DNA of 64,000 nucleotides from positions 118,854,001 to 118,918,000 of the forward strand of contig OX597814.1 in NCBI GenBank assembly GCA_951406725.2, read 5' to 3'. This DNA comes from Octopus vulgaris (Eukaryota). A program made the position numbers and the translations under genes. Below, piece after piece: positions 27,344 through 41,639 of this stretch (positions are counted from its first letter, which is position 1; every line of letters starts with the position of its first letter). A model generated the notes under the pieces. That model made no database searches. It saw nothing but the letters and a program-made list of their open reading frames with translations, and was not told where the DNA came from.

Positions 27344-27509
27344 CGACGGGCTTCTTTCAGTTTCCGTCTACCAAATCCATTCACAAGGCTTTGGTCGGCC
27401 CGAAGCTATCGTAGAAGACACTTGGCCAAGGTGCCACGCAGTGGGACTGAACTCGGAACCATGTGGTTGATAAGCAAGCTACTTACCACACAGCCACCCC
27501 TGCGCCTAT
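27071..27509 (-). mobile_element. SINE family A
   Basis: Reverse complement match to 3868-4362, including the internal (TA)n. Confidence 0.92.
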
Positions 27510-28051
27510 GTTAAACTCTTAGCGAAAGCAGTTTCCAATATTGACCTCACATACAGGAATGTACTTCCAATAACACAGCTAATGACTGGTGATGTCAACA
27601 CCAAATCTACTGAAGAATTGCCAATTTAAATACCAAAAGCCGCAAATAAACAGGGACAGCAGATCCATCGAAGAACTGAATCGGAAAATTGAAAATGTGG
27701 CTGTAGGAGAAATCGTAATTGTAAAGTTTATTTTTCATGCAGTGATGAATTCTGTAATGACTTATTTAATTGTTATAAAATTGCGAAAGAAAATCCCCCG
27801 AAGACTGTGCGGAAATAATTAAATCCTACGGTGATTATCTTCGTCCAGAACTGAATTATTTTACGGTTTAACAATTGTATAAACGGGGGACATTGGCTAA
27901 AATTGCTTCATCAGTTGATTCTAGTAATCTTTTTATCCGAAAATGACGGATGTAATTTTATTCTGAAAAGAAAAAAAATACACAAAACTATCACATGAAT
28001 ATTACTCTAGATCAGGCATGATGTCCAGAATAAATAACGCTGCTGCTACTG

Positions 28052-28085
<34 letters not shown>

Positions 28086-28239
28086 CGCTGCTGCTATTGC
28101 CACCATCTCTACTATTATGACTGCTATGCGATGTCTGCTTAGCAATCAAGCTGACCGGACTATGTTGGCATGAAGCCAAACTGACTGCCAACACGCTGTC
28201 AGTTATTTTACCAACGACCATGAGAATAAAAAAAATATT

Positions 28240-29880
28240 CCACTTGTTGGCAAAGTGAAGTATAAATGTTTGAAAGAGAAGATTATCGTATTTGTAAAAC
28301 TATCTTTTGAGAAAAGACATCGAACAAGTATAAATAAAGCAATAAGCAAATGAGCTGACTCTAAGAGAGCTCAAAGAAACAGGGGACAGAATATTTTCTG
28401 CAATGTAGCAATTCGACAAATTAACCCTTGTTAGAGTACATTTTGATAATTCCAAAAGAAATATACATATATATATATACTTGGAAAGGCAGAAGAATTA
28501 AAGAAAATGCAAATCAATATAGCAGTGCTATCCTCGGATTTGAAAATGATGAAGCGGGCCGTTGTTGATCTGCAATGAACAATATGGCATGTCGCGTTGC
28601 TTATCGCATGCAAACATAGAAATTTGTTCACTCCCCACTAACTTAGAGTGGAAAGTATTGTGGAAAATTCGTTGGAGAAGAGAAAATGTGAGTAATGACA
28701 GACTACTCATTCTTAAATACGAAGTAAAAGCTGTTGGTGTAAAATTCCTTCAGCAAAGAATAGGAGTTGAAAGTGGAATGTTTAACAAGAAATTCAATTG
28801 AAACCAATCAGTAGTTTAACAAGGCACGAATGGACAATCAATAGATATCGTAGTGACACCGTCACAGGATGTTACAGGGTAATTCTGGAGAAAACTCTAA
28901 AATGAAGCAAAGAATTTTAATCAAAGAGCAATGAAGCTGGAAGAAACACGGCAGAAATATTGTCTATTTATTAAACAAAGAACATTGTGGCCCAATAAAT
29001 TCAGTTAGAAAAGGAGTATGTTACAGGTACAATGACTGAAATATATCTGCGATATCTTATTTAACTTTATTGGTGAATTCTCAATGTAAATATACATATA
29101 TTAAGTTTTTAATACTGATTGAAGCAATAATGTTTCCATCATTACCTGGTGGAAACCTAGTCTTGCTGCATGTCATGTATGAAACACATGGAGCTTGTCT
29201 GAGACTGTACCTCGCAGTAATCCGGAAAAATGAAATGGTGTAGGAATGCAGATAAACCATTTACAAGCGACAGCCAGTAGAAGATTTGTGAAAGAAAACT
29301 TTCAGGATGTCTCGCATATTATAGGTAGCTGCCCTAAAATATATTTATGGTTTTATCTACATACGACTCATGGTCGCGTGATGAGAAGGTTACATAATGT
29401 AATCAGTAGAAGAAGCAATCGTAAGGAAAAAAGAAAGGAAGCCAGATTGATGCAGGGGACAGGACCAAGTAAAATATGAAAGAAACCTAGCGAAATGACA
29501 CCGTCAATTCCTACGTGACACGCAAGCACAATAGAAGAGACAAAATGGTTGGGGATAAGGGAAATAGAATATGCACAATAGTTGAAACTAGCTTCTCAAC
29601 AGTTGCCAACATGAGTGAAAGACGTCAAGACAAAACAGAACATCAATACTGAACAGGCGAGTAATCCACAGATGCTTTGTCCGGGCAATAAATTTAGATT
29701 TCTACCAATAATTTTTGAAGAACTAAGGTACGTGAATAGTCATATCAGCAGCAAGCGTGGGAAGCTGATAGTCACAAAACTAGAAAGATCACGCTCTGTT
29801 AGATGATTACAGTTACAAACTGTCAGCCGTATTGCCAAAACAGGTAAAACATTCATAACGTTCAGTCTGTAATAAGTTCT
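28240..29880 (+). mobile_element. Very decayed RLE-type (R4/Dong-like) LINE
   Basis: Fragments DVSHIIGSCPK (CCHC remnant), CTIVE and FRFLPIIF in the expected order. Confidence 0.45.
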
Positions 29881-30325
29881 ATGTAAGCAATAGCATTCAT
29901 GCTTATGTCATTGGGTATATGTGCAGATACATATGTATATGTAGACATTCATACATTAATTCATGTGCTTCTGCATATATATGACGGATTACAGCTTGCC
30001 TTTATGCCTTCTGAATGCCTGCAAATTCACTACCTTGGAAATACAGGAAAATTAAAGGAAAGCAAATTGATATACAAGTGTTACCATGAGTTTTGAAAAT
30101 GGTGGAACGGACTGTTGTTGATCTTTGGTGAACTATTAGTCATGTCTCGTGACTTATCACATGCAAACATGCAAATAAATACTAATCCTTACCAGAAATG
30201 ACTGAAAAATTATTAACATTCATCTACACAATACTATTCATGCTTTCGCTAATATGTATATGCGCATACTCGTATGTATATTCATACATTTGTACATGAA
30301 TAAATTAGGGTATACATATATATAT

Positions 30326-30362
<37 letters not shown>

Positions 30363-30852
30363 CATGCATAAATATCTGCAACCATGCAACAATATACTCA
30401 TACTTGACTACATAGGCTGCTGTCTAAGTTACAATGAAAGAATCTTATTCCTATGCTTGTATATGACTTTTTCTCATGTGAGAAGGATACTCGAAAATCG
30501 AAACCAAAATCAAGCATAAATACATACATACATACATACATGCATGTATGCATACAGGCATGCACACATACTCACATATATGCATACATGCATGATTTTT
30601 AATTCACAAGAACATCGTAGATAATTGTTTGCGGAAAGGATTCTAGCAGAGGATTCAATAAATATGAAAATATTTTCGTGTTCAGAGCGATAACATAATG
30701 GTGACAAGATGAAAAGACTCTGGAATAAATATTGTCAACTTACATTAGAATAAATGCATTTATATATTTATATAGAATTTTCTCTGCCAGTCATATTTGT
30801 AACAGATAAAGTAAATCACAGTATTGTCCCCGGCGGGATGTAAAAAATGATA

Positions 30853-30918
<66 letters not shown>

Positions 30919-31591
30919 ATGTATGTATATGTATGTATGCATGTATGTATGTATGTATGCATGAATGTATAGGGAGTATTCACAAAGAAACTAAAGACGA
31001 AGACAGGTCGTGTAGACAACAAACAGATGCATTAGTTTAACGCTCGGGAAGCAAAAATGTCTTTAACGTTTCGAGCCAACGCTCTTCCACAGAAAGAAAC
31101 GGGGAGAGAAAATAAAGAATGTGTAGTTGCTAGCGATCTGACATGGTGTGTGTGTATGTACTGGTAGAATTACCCGACGTTGCCTGAATGAAAGAGAATA
31201 ATGAAATTTTTAAACGCTATATAGATTACTCAGGTCTCTCCTACTCGTAGCTGAGGTACCAACTTTGTACATTTATAACTCTCCAACCAATGCCAGCATG
31301 GAACATAGGCGTTAAGTGAAATATTAATAGAAGGTTTTCAACTCATATATGTATATAAAGTATACACGTAATTCAAAAACGCCTTTTGGTGTAACTTTTG
31401 TCATAACCAAAAAACTGGTACAGATTATAAACAATGACAGGCAGATTTTGGGGTCTCATTTGACAGAGGTATTAGCGAGCCAATCCGATTATAAATCTGA
31501 CCTTGGATCTTGAACGTTTGCTTGGAATCCTGGCTCATTTAAATCTCTTGTGGTTCCAAATGCCGTTATCTATAGTGCAGCGTTGTATTCT

Positions 31592-31998
31592 CTTTTTCTC
31601 TTTTTGCTTGTTTCAGTCATTTTGACTGCGGCCTTGCTGGAGCACCGCCTTTAATCGAGCAACTCGACCACGGGACTTATTCTTTGTAGGCCCAGTAGTT
31701 ATTCTATCGGTCTCTTTTGCCGAACCGCTAAGTGACAGGGACATAAACACACCAGCATCGGTTGTCAAGCAATGCTAGGAGGACAAACACAGACACATAA
31801 ACATACACGCACATACATATATATACATATATACGACGGGCTTCTTTCAGTTTCCGTCTACCAAATCCACTCACAAGGCTTTGGTCACCCGGAGGCTATA
31901 GTAGAAGACACTTGCCCAAGGTGCTACGCAGTGGGACTGAACCCGGAACCATGTGGTTGGTAAACAAGCTACTTACCACACAGCCACTCCTGCGCCTA
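31592..31998 (-). mobile_element. SINE family A
   Basis: Close reverse complement match to 3868-4362. Confidence 0.92.
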
Positions 31999-32622
31999 AG
32001 TATTGTCTAATATTGTTTTAGAAGACCTTGGAATCTTTATCAGTTGATGATAACAGTTTCTAAAATGGCTCAGGAGGTTGGGGGATGGCAGGAAGTTTAA
32101 CCTTTCCACCATTTCAGCGCAGTTCATGTGTCTCTCCAGGCTATTTCCTTGCTTTACAATGTATGTGCTCAGTTGTAATTGCACCAATGGAAACTTTAGT
32201 GTCATCTGCATAATGAACTGCTTTATTACAATAGAAAGCTGCTTCATAGAACTTGCTTCCCGGAGCTGTTGGAACCGTTCTTCGTTCTGCAGTGGTGATC
32301 CCATTCCTAGTCAAACCGTGCATACCTCTTTGAGATGTTCTGGCGTGTGTGGAGCACAGTCTGTTCGTTCCTTGGTATGTTTCCCTTTCTGCAGCTGTCT
32401 CTTTTTCTCTTGGCAAATACATTCTTTTGGCTGACCTTGAAGGGTTGAAGCGAAATTTCTCACTTAATGAACTAAAGAGCAAGTGTCGAAGGAACCAGAA
32501 AAATTCGTTAAAAATAGAAAAAGAAAAATTGTTGCAAAAGTATATAAGAAATCGTTAGGGAAATTAACAAAGTGTACAAATTTCAAAGAAAGTTTTGAAG
32601 TTACTTCTGTCAATAATTCCGT

Positions 32623-32705
32623 CAGTACGATCGTTTCAAACGGCTCCATTACATTGAACAAAACAATCAGTACATCGATTTAAATGCAGTGCCATCATCG
32701 GCTGC
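32623..32705 (-). ncRNA. Degenerate hammerhead-like motif (paralogue of 2485-2578)
   Basis: Reverse complement CAG-CCGATGA-TGGC…GCCG-ttt-GAAACGATCGT-A-CTG. Palindromic stem III; U4 mutated to C. Confidence 0.55.
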
Positions 32706-32982
32706 AGAAATAAATAGAATTTTAACCGGTTGGACACATTGATTATATATATAATGAAGGTGGAGCCCCAAATCAAATGACAGAAACAAATAAAAGATAA
32801 ATGGTGATAGATAGATAGTTAGAAAGATAGATAGATAGTTAGATAGATAGATAACTAGATAGAGAGATAGAGAGATAGATAAATATATAGATAGATACAT
32901 ACATGCATACATACATACATAGATAAGTAGGTATGGTAATAGATAGACAGATAGAAAGATAAATAGTTAAGTAGGTAGGGTA

Positions 32983-33066
<84 letters not shown>

Positions 33067-33489
33067 ATAGATATATAGATAAGTAGGTAGGATAATTGAT
33101 AGATAAGTAGGTAAGGTAATAGATAGATATAGATAGAGAGAGAGAGAGAGAGAATGAGAGATAGACACATTCATTCATGCATACAGACATAAAATCGACT
33201 AGTATAGATTTGATGACTAATTATGATTAATATATGTAAACGGTTTAATTATTTTGTCTTGACTCCAGAACAATGCAAAGTATTAGAAATTAATAACACA
33301 GTTCGATGATTTGTACTTTTACCAAGTTATTTCATTTCTATAAGTTTACAACATCTTCTTCAACATTACCTAAACAACAGGTCGAAGAACAGACATATTG
33401 AAATAGCATATAAAAGTGCAAACCACCGAATTATTATAATATCAATTTTGAATAAAAAGTCAACACACGCATATATATAACATATATAT

Positions 33490-33540
<51 letters not shown>

Positions 33541-33671
33541 TTACACACGGATGTATGTTTCTCTGTGAACATATACTTACATATATATGTACATATATGC
33601 ATACACACACACATTTATATATGTGTATGTGCATGTTTATGGACATATGTATATATATATGTATGTATGTA

Positions 33672-33733
<62 letters not shown>

Positions 33734-34283
33734 TGACATGTTGTAAGTGTATATTGACGATAAAAAGCTCTTAATGCATGAAGTAGAATTTAATTATGTG
33801 CCCAGATAAACAAATAGAGTTCGTTTTGTTGTCTGCTCTCGTACTGCGGAAGTCAATGTAACGGTAGAAAGATTCACCAGTTTTGAATAAGTCAGTTTGT
33901 GTGTGTGTGTGTGTGTTTATGTGTTTGCGTGTGTGTGTGCGTGTGTGGTGTGTGTGTGTGTGGTGTGCGGTGTGTCTGGTGTGTGTCATGTGGTGTCTGT
34001 GTTTAAGTGTATATCTGTGTGTGCGTTTGTTATGTTTATGTGTGTGGGAGTGTGTTTCCGTTTCTATGTCTGTGCATCTCTATATGAATGACTATTTTAA
34101 TATTACATGTATTGCACTGTAAGTCCTTGCACAAACATTTGTCATTTATCGTTTTGAAAATTAAATAGTTTTGTTATGTACATTGCGTATAACACAGATC
34201 TGCTCTTCCGAGTAGTAATATCAATATATATTGCAATAGAAACGCACGCGAGCATAAACACAAATATACAGATATACATATAT

Positions 34284-34756
34284 ATGCAAAATTAAGAGGA
34301 ATGACCACTACAGTGGACTCCTAACATGCTAAATATAGACGTCAAATCGCCATTTCCACGAAGAGTGTGTTCTCAAGTAAAAAAAAAAAATCAGCAAACG
34401 CCAAAATGCAAAAATGAGCAAGCGAAATGAAACTTTATGAAATAAAAAACGATTACCGACGTACCATGGTTTCACTTGTTAATATTTACGTATGTAAATA
34501 TATGCAAGATCATCAGCGTACTCTGTCGCATACAAAACACAATTTCCAGAGCTAAACACAAAACGCTCACCCGAGAGAGGGCATGTATAAAGTTCTACAA
34601 AATATATTTGAGTGTATTTTCAAATGTCTTCACGTTCGCGCACTGAGGCCGGAAATAACTCTGCAGTTAATAAAGTCTTCGTGGTAAGAGATATTTGACG
34701 TCTATATTTAGCATATTAGGTGTCCACTTTAGTGGTCATTTCTCTTAAATTTGTAT
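34284..34756 (-). mobile_element. Inverted-repeat mini-element carrying a hammerhead
   Basis: ~80 bp inverted arms 34284-34364 / 34677-34756. Confidence 0.8.
34458..34521 (-). ncRNA. Type I hammerhead ribozyme
   Basis: Reverse complement ACG-CTGATGA-TCTTG..ATATTTAC atac GTAAATAT..CAAGT-GAAA-CCATGG-TA-CGT. Canonical core, palindromic stem III, GUA triplet, short stem I. Confidence 0.75.
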
Positions 34757-36740
34757 GCAATATAATTTTTAATCTTCGGATTTTTTTTAAATATGCTAAG
34801 CCACTGGTTTTAATTGATTAATATCAATTTCTACCCTCATTATTTAATTTGTAATTTTATATATATATATGTGCATATATATATATATGTGTGTACATAT
34901 ATTTCTGTATGTATGAATATGTATTTGTATGTGTCTATATACACATACATATATGTGAGTGTGTCTGCGTGTATGCACGCGCTTATTTGCAACGCCGGCA
35001 TATGAATACGAAAATACGCATGTGTATATAAGGAGCATATTGTTAGGTGAGTGATATCAAGCAAAATGCATGCCAGAACAAACGGAAACCAGACCTTGGT
35101 TTGTCGTTCTGCAACAGAGAAAATTTCACTTATGACCGCTTTTGACCACTAATGCCCATCGGCATGGATATCGTAGCTTCTTACTTATCAAGGGAAAAGA
35201 GAAAAATATGTTTTTGCGCATTCAAATATTTATAAATTCGTCTCTATACACAATGTGTATATCCATATCTATGTGTATAATATATCTGCATATTTTATAT
35301 GTTTTGTATGTCATTTGTATACAAATGTTGCTTATATCTAAAGTGAATGTGTGAATTATGATTATATATATGAGTTTTATGCCTTTGAGTTCGTGTGAGT
35401 TCTATGTAATTGTGTGTTTCTGTATATATGTATGAATATGCTTATAAGTTACATACTGTGCATGTATGAAGGAGAATGATGTTTAATATGTATAAAGAAT
35501 ATTCAGATAGCTAAATGAGAGGGAAGGGGGGAATCGTGTAATAGATAAATGAAAGAAACAAAACAATTTCTAAAGAAAAATACCGAAAGTGGGAATAGTA
35601 TGGTAATTCATAAATAGACGTTTATAGGAATTCGTGTATTACAATAGCGAAACCACATCCCGAATAGAGATACATAAAGGAGAAGCGAACAAACAAAAAT
35701 TATAGAAAACAGAAAGATAAGTGCCATCTCTGCATCAAATCATATACGAGCATTTGTGGTAAAAACTGGCTTCTGTAAGATGAATGAAAGACTTAGTGTA
35801 AATGATAGTAGGTGCGATAAGAACGCCAACAAGTAACATCGATGTAAAACATTAGTGTTTATGTGAGTGTGAATGTGGTTCTTAATGTGAAAGTGGTGAA
35901 TAAAAGGGGATAAAATTCCCAATTGCTAGTGCCTGAATATAATGAAAGAGGGGTATTTAGATTGCGTTTTATGTGTAAACATGATGCCACAAGCGGGAAG
36001 AATGTGAATACGTATTGAATATCTGGTTTAGATTTACGAACACTTCATTGAAATGTGTATGTTATGTATAATTCATAACTCAGTATCAGAGTTAGTGAGA
36101 AACACAGCTGTATGTTATCTATGAAGAAACCTTGTAGTCTGGTTTCAATATTCGTTTAGAAAGAGTTAATTTCTCAAATGTTCAAATATTAGGGCAAAAT
36201 ATATGTTTAACCGACTGTTTCCGAAATTCCTGAAACTGTAACCTCAATGGTTCTATCCGTGTATAAGAAACGTTCTAACTAACATGATTAAGTCTCTTGC
36301 GGCCCCAACAATAACCTGATGCTTCTTATGATGTTTCAGGTAATAATATATTTCAAGAGGCATTATGAATTCTCTGTAGCCAGTAGTAAAGCCTATCACG
36401 TGAGTTCTTCACATGTAAATGTCTGGTCAATTACAAAAATGTATATATATTTTTCTCTCTGAAACTTTCCTACTTATTTTAGGAGTTATGTAACCAATAT
36501 ACAAGTGTATCTAAATATATATATCAACAAATCTAAGCATACTATCTTACATGAATATACGGACATAAATATAAAAGTTGCATGTATGTATGTATATATA
36601 TATATATATATATATAACAATTAAGGATAACTTCTTAATAAGGGATCTTAACAAGAAATTATCAGGTAGTTAGCGTAAAAACCTCATAAAAGAAAAGAAT
36701 TCGAAAATAATTTTTTTCTTTTGAACAAATTAATTATATC

Positions 36741-37049
36741 TATATTGTATAGAGGGCATTAATACACATAAATGCCTCACACTAAGAGGGACAAAGTCAT
36801 TACTACGTCTGTTCGTCTTCGCTAGGTAAGGTTGGTGGTTTATTTATGATGTGTTCAGAATCAGTTCTGCTGAGGATCATAAGACGTAAGTTAAATGTGA
36901 AATCACGGTGATACAGAACTAAATTCATTTTTTAAATGTCTTGCTTTGAAGAGCTGCATTTAGGTATGATTAGTGTAATTTTGGTAGTAATGACTGTGTC
37001 CCTCTTAGTGTGAGGCATTTATGTGTATTAATGCCCTCTATACAATATA
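36741..37049 (+). mobile_element. Inverted-repeat mini-element carrying a hammerhead
   Basis: 66 bp inverted arms 36741-36806 / 36984-37049 with one mismatch. Confidence 0.85.
36863..36920 (+). ncRNA. Type I hammerhead ribozyme, canonical core
   Basis: Stem I AGTTCTG/CAGAACT (7 bp); CTGAGGA; stem II tCAT..GAC gtaa GTT..ATGt; GAAA; stem III ATCAC-G-GTGAT; AUA triplet. Confidence 0.85.
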
Positions 37050-37060
37050 TATATTGTATA

Positions 37061-38876
37061 GCAGAGCTCACCAAGGCTGTTGACTACCTAGCAAGAAATA
37101 AGGTTCCGGGAAAAGACGGCATCCCCTCAGAGATCATCAAAGCCGGCAAAAACACCATCCTGCTTCGGCACCTTCATGAGCTTCTGTGTCAGTGCTGGGA
37201 AGAGGGTACAGTCCCTCAGGATATGCGGGATGCCAACATCATTACGCTCTACAAAAACAATGGTGACCGTGGTGATTGTAACAATTACCGTGGTATATCC
37301 CTTCTAAGCACTGTTGGAAAGACCTTTGCCCGCGTTATCCTGGCCAGGCTACAACTACTTGCTTCTCGAATCTATCCGGAATCGCAGTGTGGCTTTAGAA
37401 GAAGCAGATCAACTATCGATATGATATTCTCCATACGCCAACTTCAGGAGAAGTCCAGAGAGCAGAAAATGCCATTATATATGGCCTTCATTGATCTAAC
37501 AAAGGCCTTTGACTCGGTAAGCAGAACAGGCCTCTTCCTCCTGCTCCAAAAAATCGGATGTCCACCTAAGCTGCTGAGGATCATCAAGTCTTTCCATGAT
37601 GACATGCAAGGCACCATACAGCACAACGGTTCAACATCAGCCGCCTTCCAAATAAAAAACGGGGTAAAGCAAGGCTGTGTCCTCGCTCCTACATTGTTTG
37701 GCATCTTCTCACTCTTACTGTCACATGCCTTTCAGACATCAGATGATGGAGTGTTTCTGCACAGTAGAAGTGACGGGAAACTGTTCAATCTCTCGCGCCT
37801 GCGTGCCAAGACCAAAATCAGAAACGTCCTGATCAAGGAGATGTTATTTGCTGATGATGCCGCTCTGGTAACACACACAGAAGAAGCCCTCCAAAGGCTC
37901 ATTAACTGTTTTGAGCAAGCATGTAACGACTTTGGCTTAGCTATCAGCCTTAAGAAGACCAACATCATGGGTCAGGCTACATCGGACATCCCAAACATAC
38001 ATATTGGAGACCACAGATTACAAGAGGTGGAGAAGTTTTCCTATCTGGGCTCTACCGTCACCTACAACCTATCCCTTGACGCTGAGCTCAATATACGCAT
38101 TGGCAAGGCAGCTGCTGCGATGGCCCAACTCTCCAAACGGGCTTGGGACAACAATAAGCTGACCAAGACCACAAAAATGAAGATCTACCAGGCATGTGTA
38201 CTCAGCACTCTACTGTATGGAAGCGAGACCTGGACGCTATACACACGCCAAGAGCGTCGCCTAAACATCTTTCACCTGCGCTGCCTCCGAAAAATCCTCC
38301 ACATCAAATGGCAGAATCATATCCCCAACAAAGATGTCCTCAGGCAAGCAGGAATACCAAGCATGTTTGCACTCCTCACACAAAGACGTATGAGATGGCT
38401 TGGGCATGTTAGCCGTATGAAAGATGGCAAAATCCCCAAGGACATACTCTACGGAGAGCTTGCTAGGGGTACTAGGTCTGTGGGTAGACCGATCCTACGT
38501 TACAAGGATATTTGCAAAAGGGATATGAAGGCCTGCAACATCAACATTAGCGGTTGGGAGGCAGTCGCCGGCAACCGTGGAAAATGGCGACGTACAGTAA
38601 AAGAGAGTATACAGAGGAGTGACAGAAAGAGAGAGGAGAAATGGAAAGAAAGGAAGAGACATAAACAAGAGACCATGGCACTACAACCAGCCAGGAACAT
38701 TCTTCGCTACATTTGCAGTACCTGCCAGAGGGAGTGTTTGTCCAGGATAGGACTACACAGCCACAGCAAGAAATGTAACAGGAAATGAAATATAACAGCC
38801 GGACTAGACCTAGAAAAAAAAAAAAAAAAATGCGCAACTCCATTGTCTCCCGAGACAGAAAGGATGCCAATACAAT

Positions 38877-38880
<4 letters not shown>
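37061..38880 (+). mobile_element. 5'-truncated RTE-clade LINE with uninterrupted RT ORF
   Basis: PGKDGIP, NYRGISLL, QCGFR, FIDLTKAFDSV, GVKQGCVLAP, LFADD, C-terminal CSTCQRECLSRIGLHSH. 3' end CCATTGTCTCCCGAGACAGAAAGGATGC plus (CAATA)n. Confidence 0.95.
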
Positions 38881-38937
<57 letters not shown>

Positions 38938-38957
38938 GCATATTCTTCTATGTTTTT

Positions 38958-39358
38958 ATTCTTTTACTTATATCACTCATTTTGACTGCGACCGTGCTGG
39001 AGCACCGCCTTTAATCGAACAAATCGACCCCAGGACTTATTCGTTGTAAGCCTCAGTACTTTTTCTATCTGTCTTTTGCCAAAACGCTAAATTATGGGGA
39101 TGTTAACGAACCAGCATCTGTTGTCTAGTGTTGGCGGAGGAGGAGGTCAAACACATACACACACGCATATAGATATAACAAGCCCGTCTATATATATATA
39201 TATATATACGACAGGCTTCTTTCAGTTTCTGTCTTCCAAATCCATTCACAAAGCTTTGGTCGGCCTGGTTATATAGTAGAGGATACTTACCCAAGGTGCC
39301 ACACAGTGGGACTGAACCCGGAATCAGGTACCACAAAGCCACGCCACACCTTCGCCTA
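38958..39358 (-). mobile_element. SINE family A
   Basis: Reverse complement match to 3868-4362. Confidence 0.88.
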
Positions 39359-40435
39359 TATATGGTCACATATGTCGAGATATTCTGGATATGGAAAATG
39401 GTCTGTCCAATTATGTCACACTGCTAAACTTAGTAGGTATATAAGCAATGCGTTAGTGGATAGTTGATGTATGTAGACCCGATCGTTGATCGCATTGTTT
39501 ACATGAACGTATTCATATAAGAAATATTATGCCTTGTAGTGCTGTCTCTGGATTCTAGAGAAAATCTATAGAGACAAACTTAAAATTAATATAGTGTAGT
39601 GTTCTGTTACAGGTAATATGAAGTACAGAGTACTCTATCAACCAGTGAAAGCGTTATATCTACTTACCGAAGACAATAAGTCTTTATACGACAGGCTTTC
39701 ATATAGTTCCAGACTTTTATGTTTTCGTCTGCTAAATTTATTTCACAAAACTTTATTAATATAACATTATCATATAAGAAATTTGCCCAAGCTACCGCAG
39801 GATGTCACCGAACTGTCAGTTCTGTAGATACCATCAAAGCAAGATATTTCTAATTTCTATTTCTATGTAAAACTGCATTTACGTAAGTCGCGTAATGCTG
39901 AACGATCATAGACGAGAATAAGGAATGAACTTCAAAGACATGTAAAAACATGTTCAAAACACATTATTGATTGTTTCTTTAACATTCATGAAAATGTCTT
40001 CTTCGACTAATCATTCAATTTATTGTGTGAATATAAGTTGCACAATACAAATGCTTCTCCCTATCCAGTTATTCATGTAATCTCTTAATTATCATTATTG
40101 AAACGAGCATTTTTGAGAACGGCTGTCGCGTTTCTGAAAGTAACATAATGCCAATATGATTTCTATACTATGATCTTCCAAATGTCAACTCAGCTGTGCA
40201 TATATAAAGAGATATCCGAATTTCGAACTAACATTTCCCCATCTTATCATTCCGCGGTTGTGTCTTTCCAGTAGACCCGTAAAAAGTTCTTACAAAGATT
40301 CATTTGTCACGCACTCACTCACACATATATATGCATTTACGCGTATAAAAGCTCAAATATATGTCTTTTATGTGTACACATTGATACTTACAGAGGCACA
40401 TGTAAATCTATGCTTGTGCCTGTGTGCATACGTAA

Positions 40436-40467
<32 letters not shown>

Positions 40468-40887
40468 TCAACTTGGAGAAGAGAAATAGAGAAATAACGC
40501 GTGCGTTGGGTCATATAGTAATATAATAAATAAATAAAATATATGCATATATACATATATGTACATACTTACATCTACATGTATATATACATGTTTATAT
40601 ACATGCATATATATATATATATATAATATTAGGGAATAAATCCTAACTTACAGGGAAAAATTAGATTTAGGATTAAATCCAATTTTATAGTATAAATATA
40701 TTATATTATATTATATTAAATTAGAGATAAAACCACTATTAGGGAAATCAAACAGTGAAAGACATAAGCCAATACATAAAATACATTCCAAAATAATGAA
40801 AAAAAAACAATTCGAGAGTTATAGAAAGATTAACAAAGTACCAGGAAGTAGTCATTTGATTACAGAGACTATGGAAAGTGAGAGTAA

Positions 40888-40926
<39 letters not shown>

Positions 40927-40949
40927 GTGCACTCCTAGGACAGAAACGC

Positions 40950-41032
<83 letters not shown>

Positions 41033-41518
41033 CATATAACGTGTATATGAGTGGAGTGCCTGTTTATCAGAATATTGTCTTGCTCGCTTGTCTGACGAAA
41101 ATCATCGACACATACATGTTTCCATACAACAGTTCTAAATATAGGCAAGCGAAATTTGTAATCCACGATAGGCGCTCGTGAAGTAGTTCCACATTTTGCA
41201 TTCTTATATGTAACAGCAATATCTATCTACATATCTAGATTTATATACATATACTTACATATATTTACATATACAACATATACACACCTTTATATGCATA
41301 AACAAAAAAGAAATAGTGATACATAAACTCAATTTATATTTACCTATATACAGGGAGGTCAAAATTCATGCTCAAGTTCAATATTCTCCAGAATTTTCAA
41401 CGACATACCTTAATTTTTCTAAGATTGAATAAAATAAATCTAATTATGATGAATAAACATGTACTTGTACATGATGGAAAAGTTAATGGTAATGATGACT
41501 ACAATGATGATGATGATG

Positions 41519-41576
<58 letters not shown>

Positions 41577-41639
41577 TAATAATAATAATAATAATATTGG
41601 TAGAATGATAATAATAATGATAATATGATAATAGAGTAA

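Noticed and set aside
31160-31195. Helitron/Helentron-like 5' end (ACTGG…TACCCGACGTTGC)
   Set aside because: No matching subterminal repeat or 3' hairpin found.
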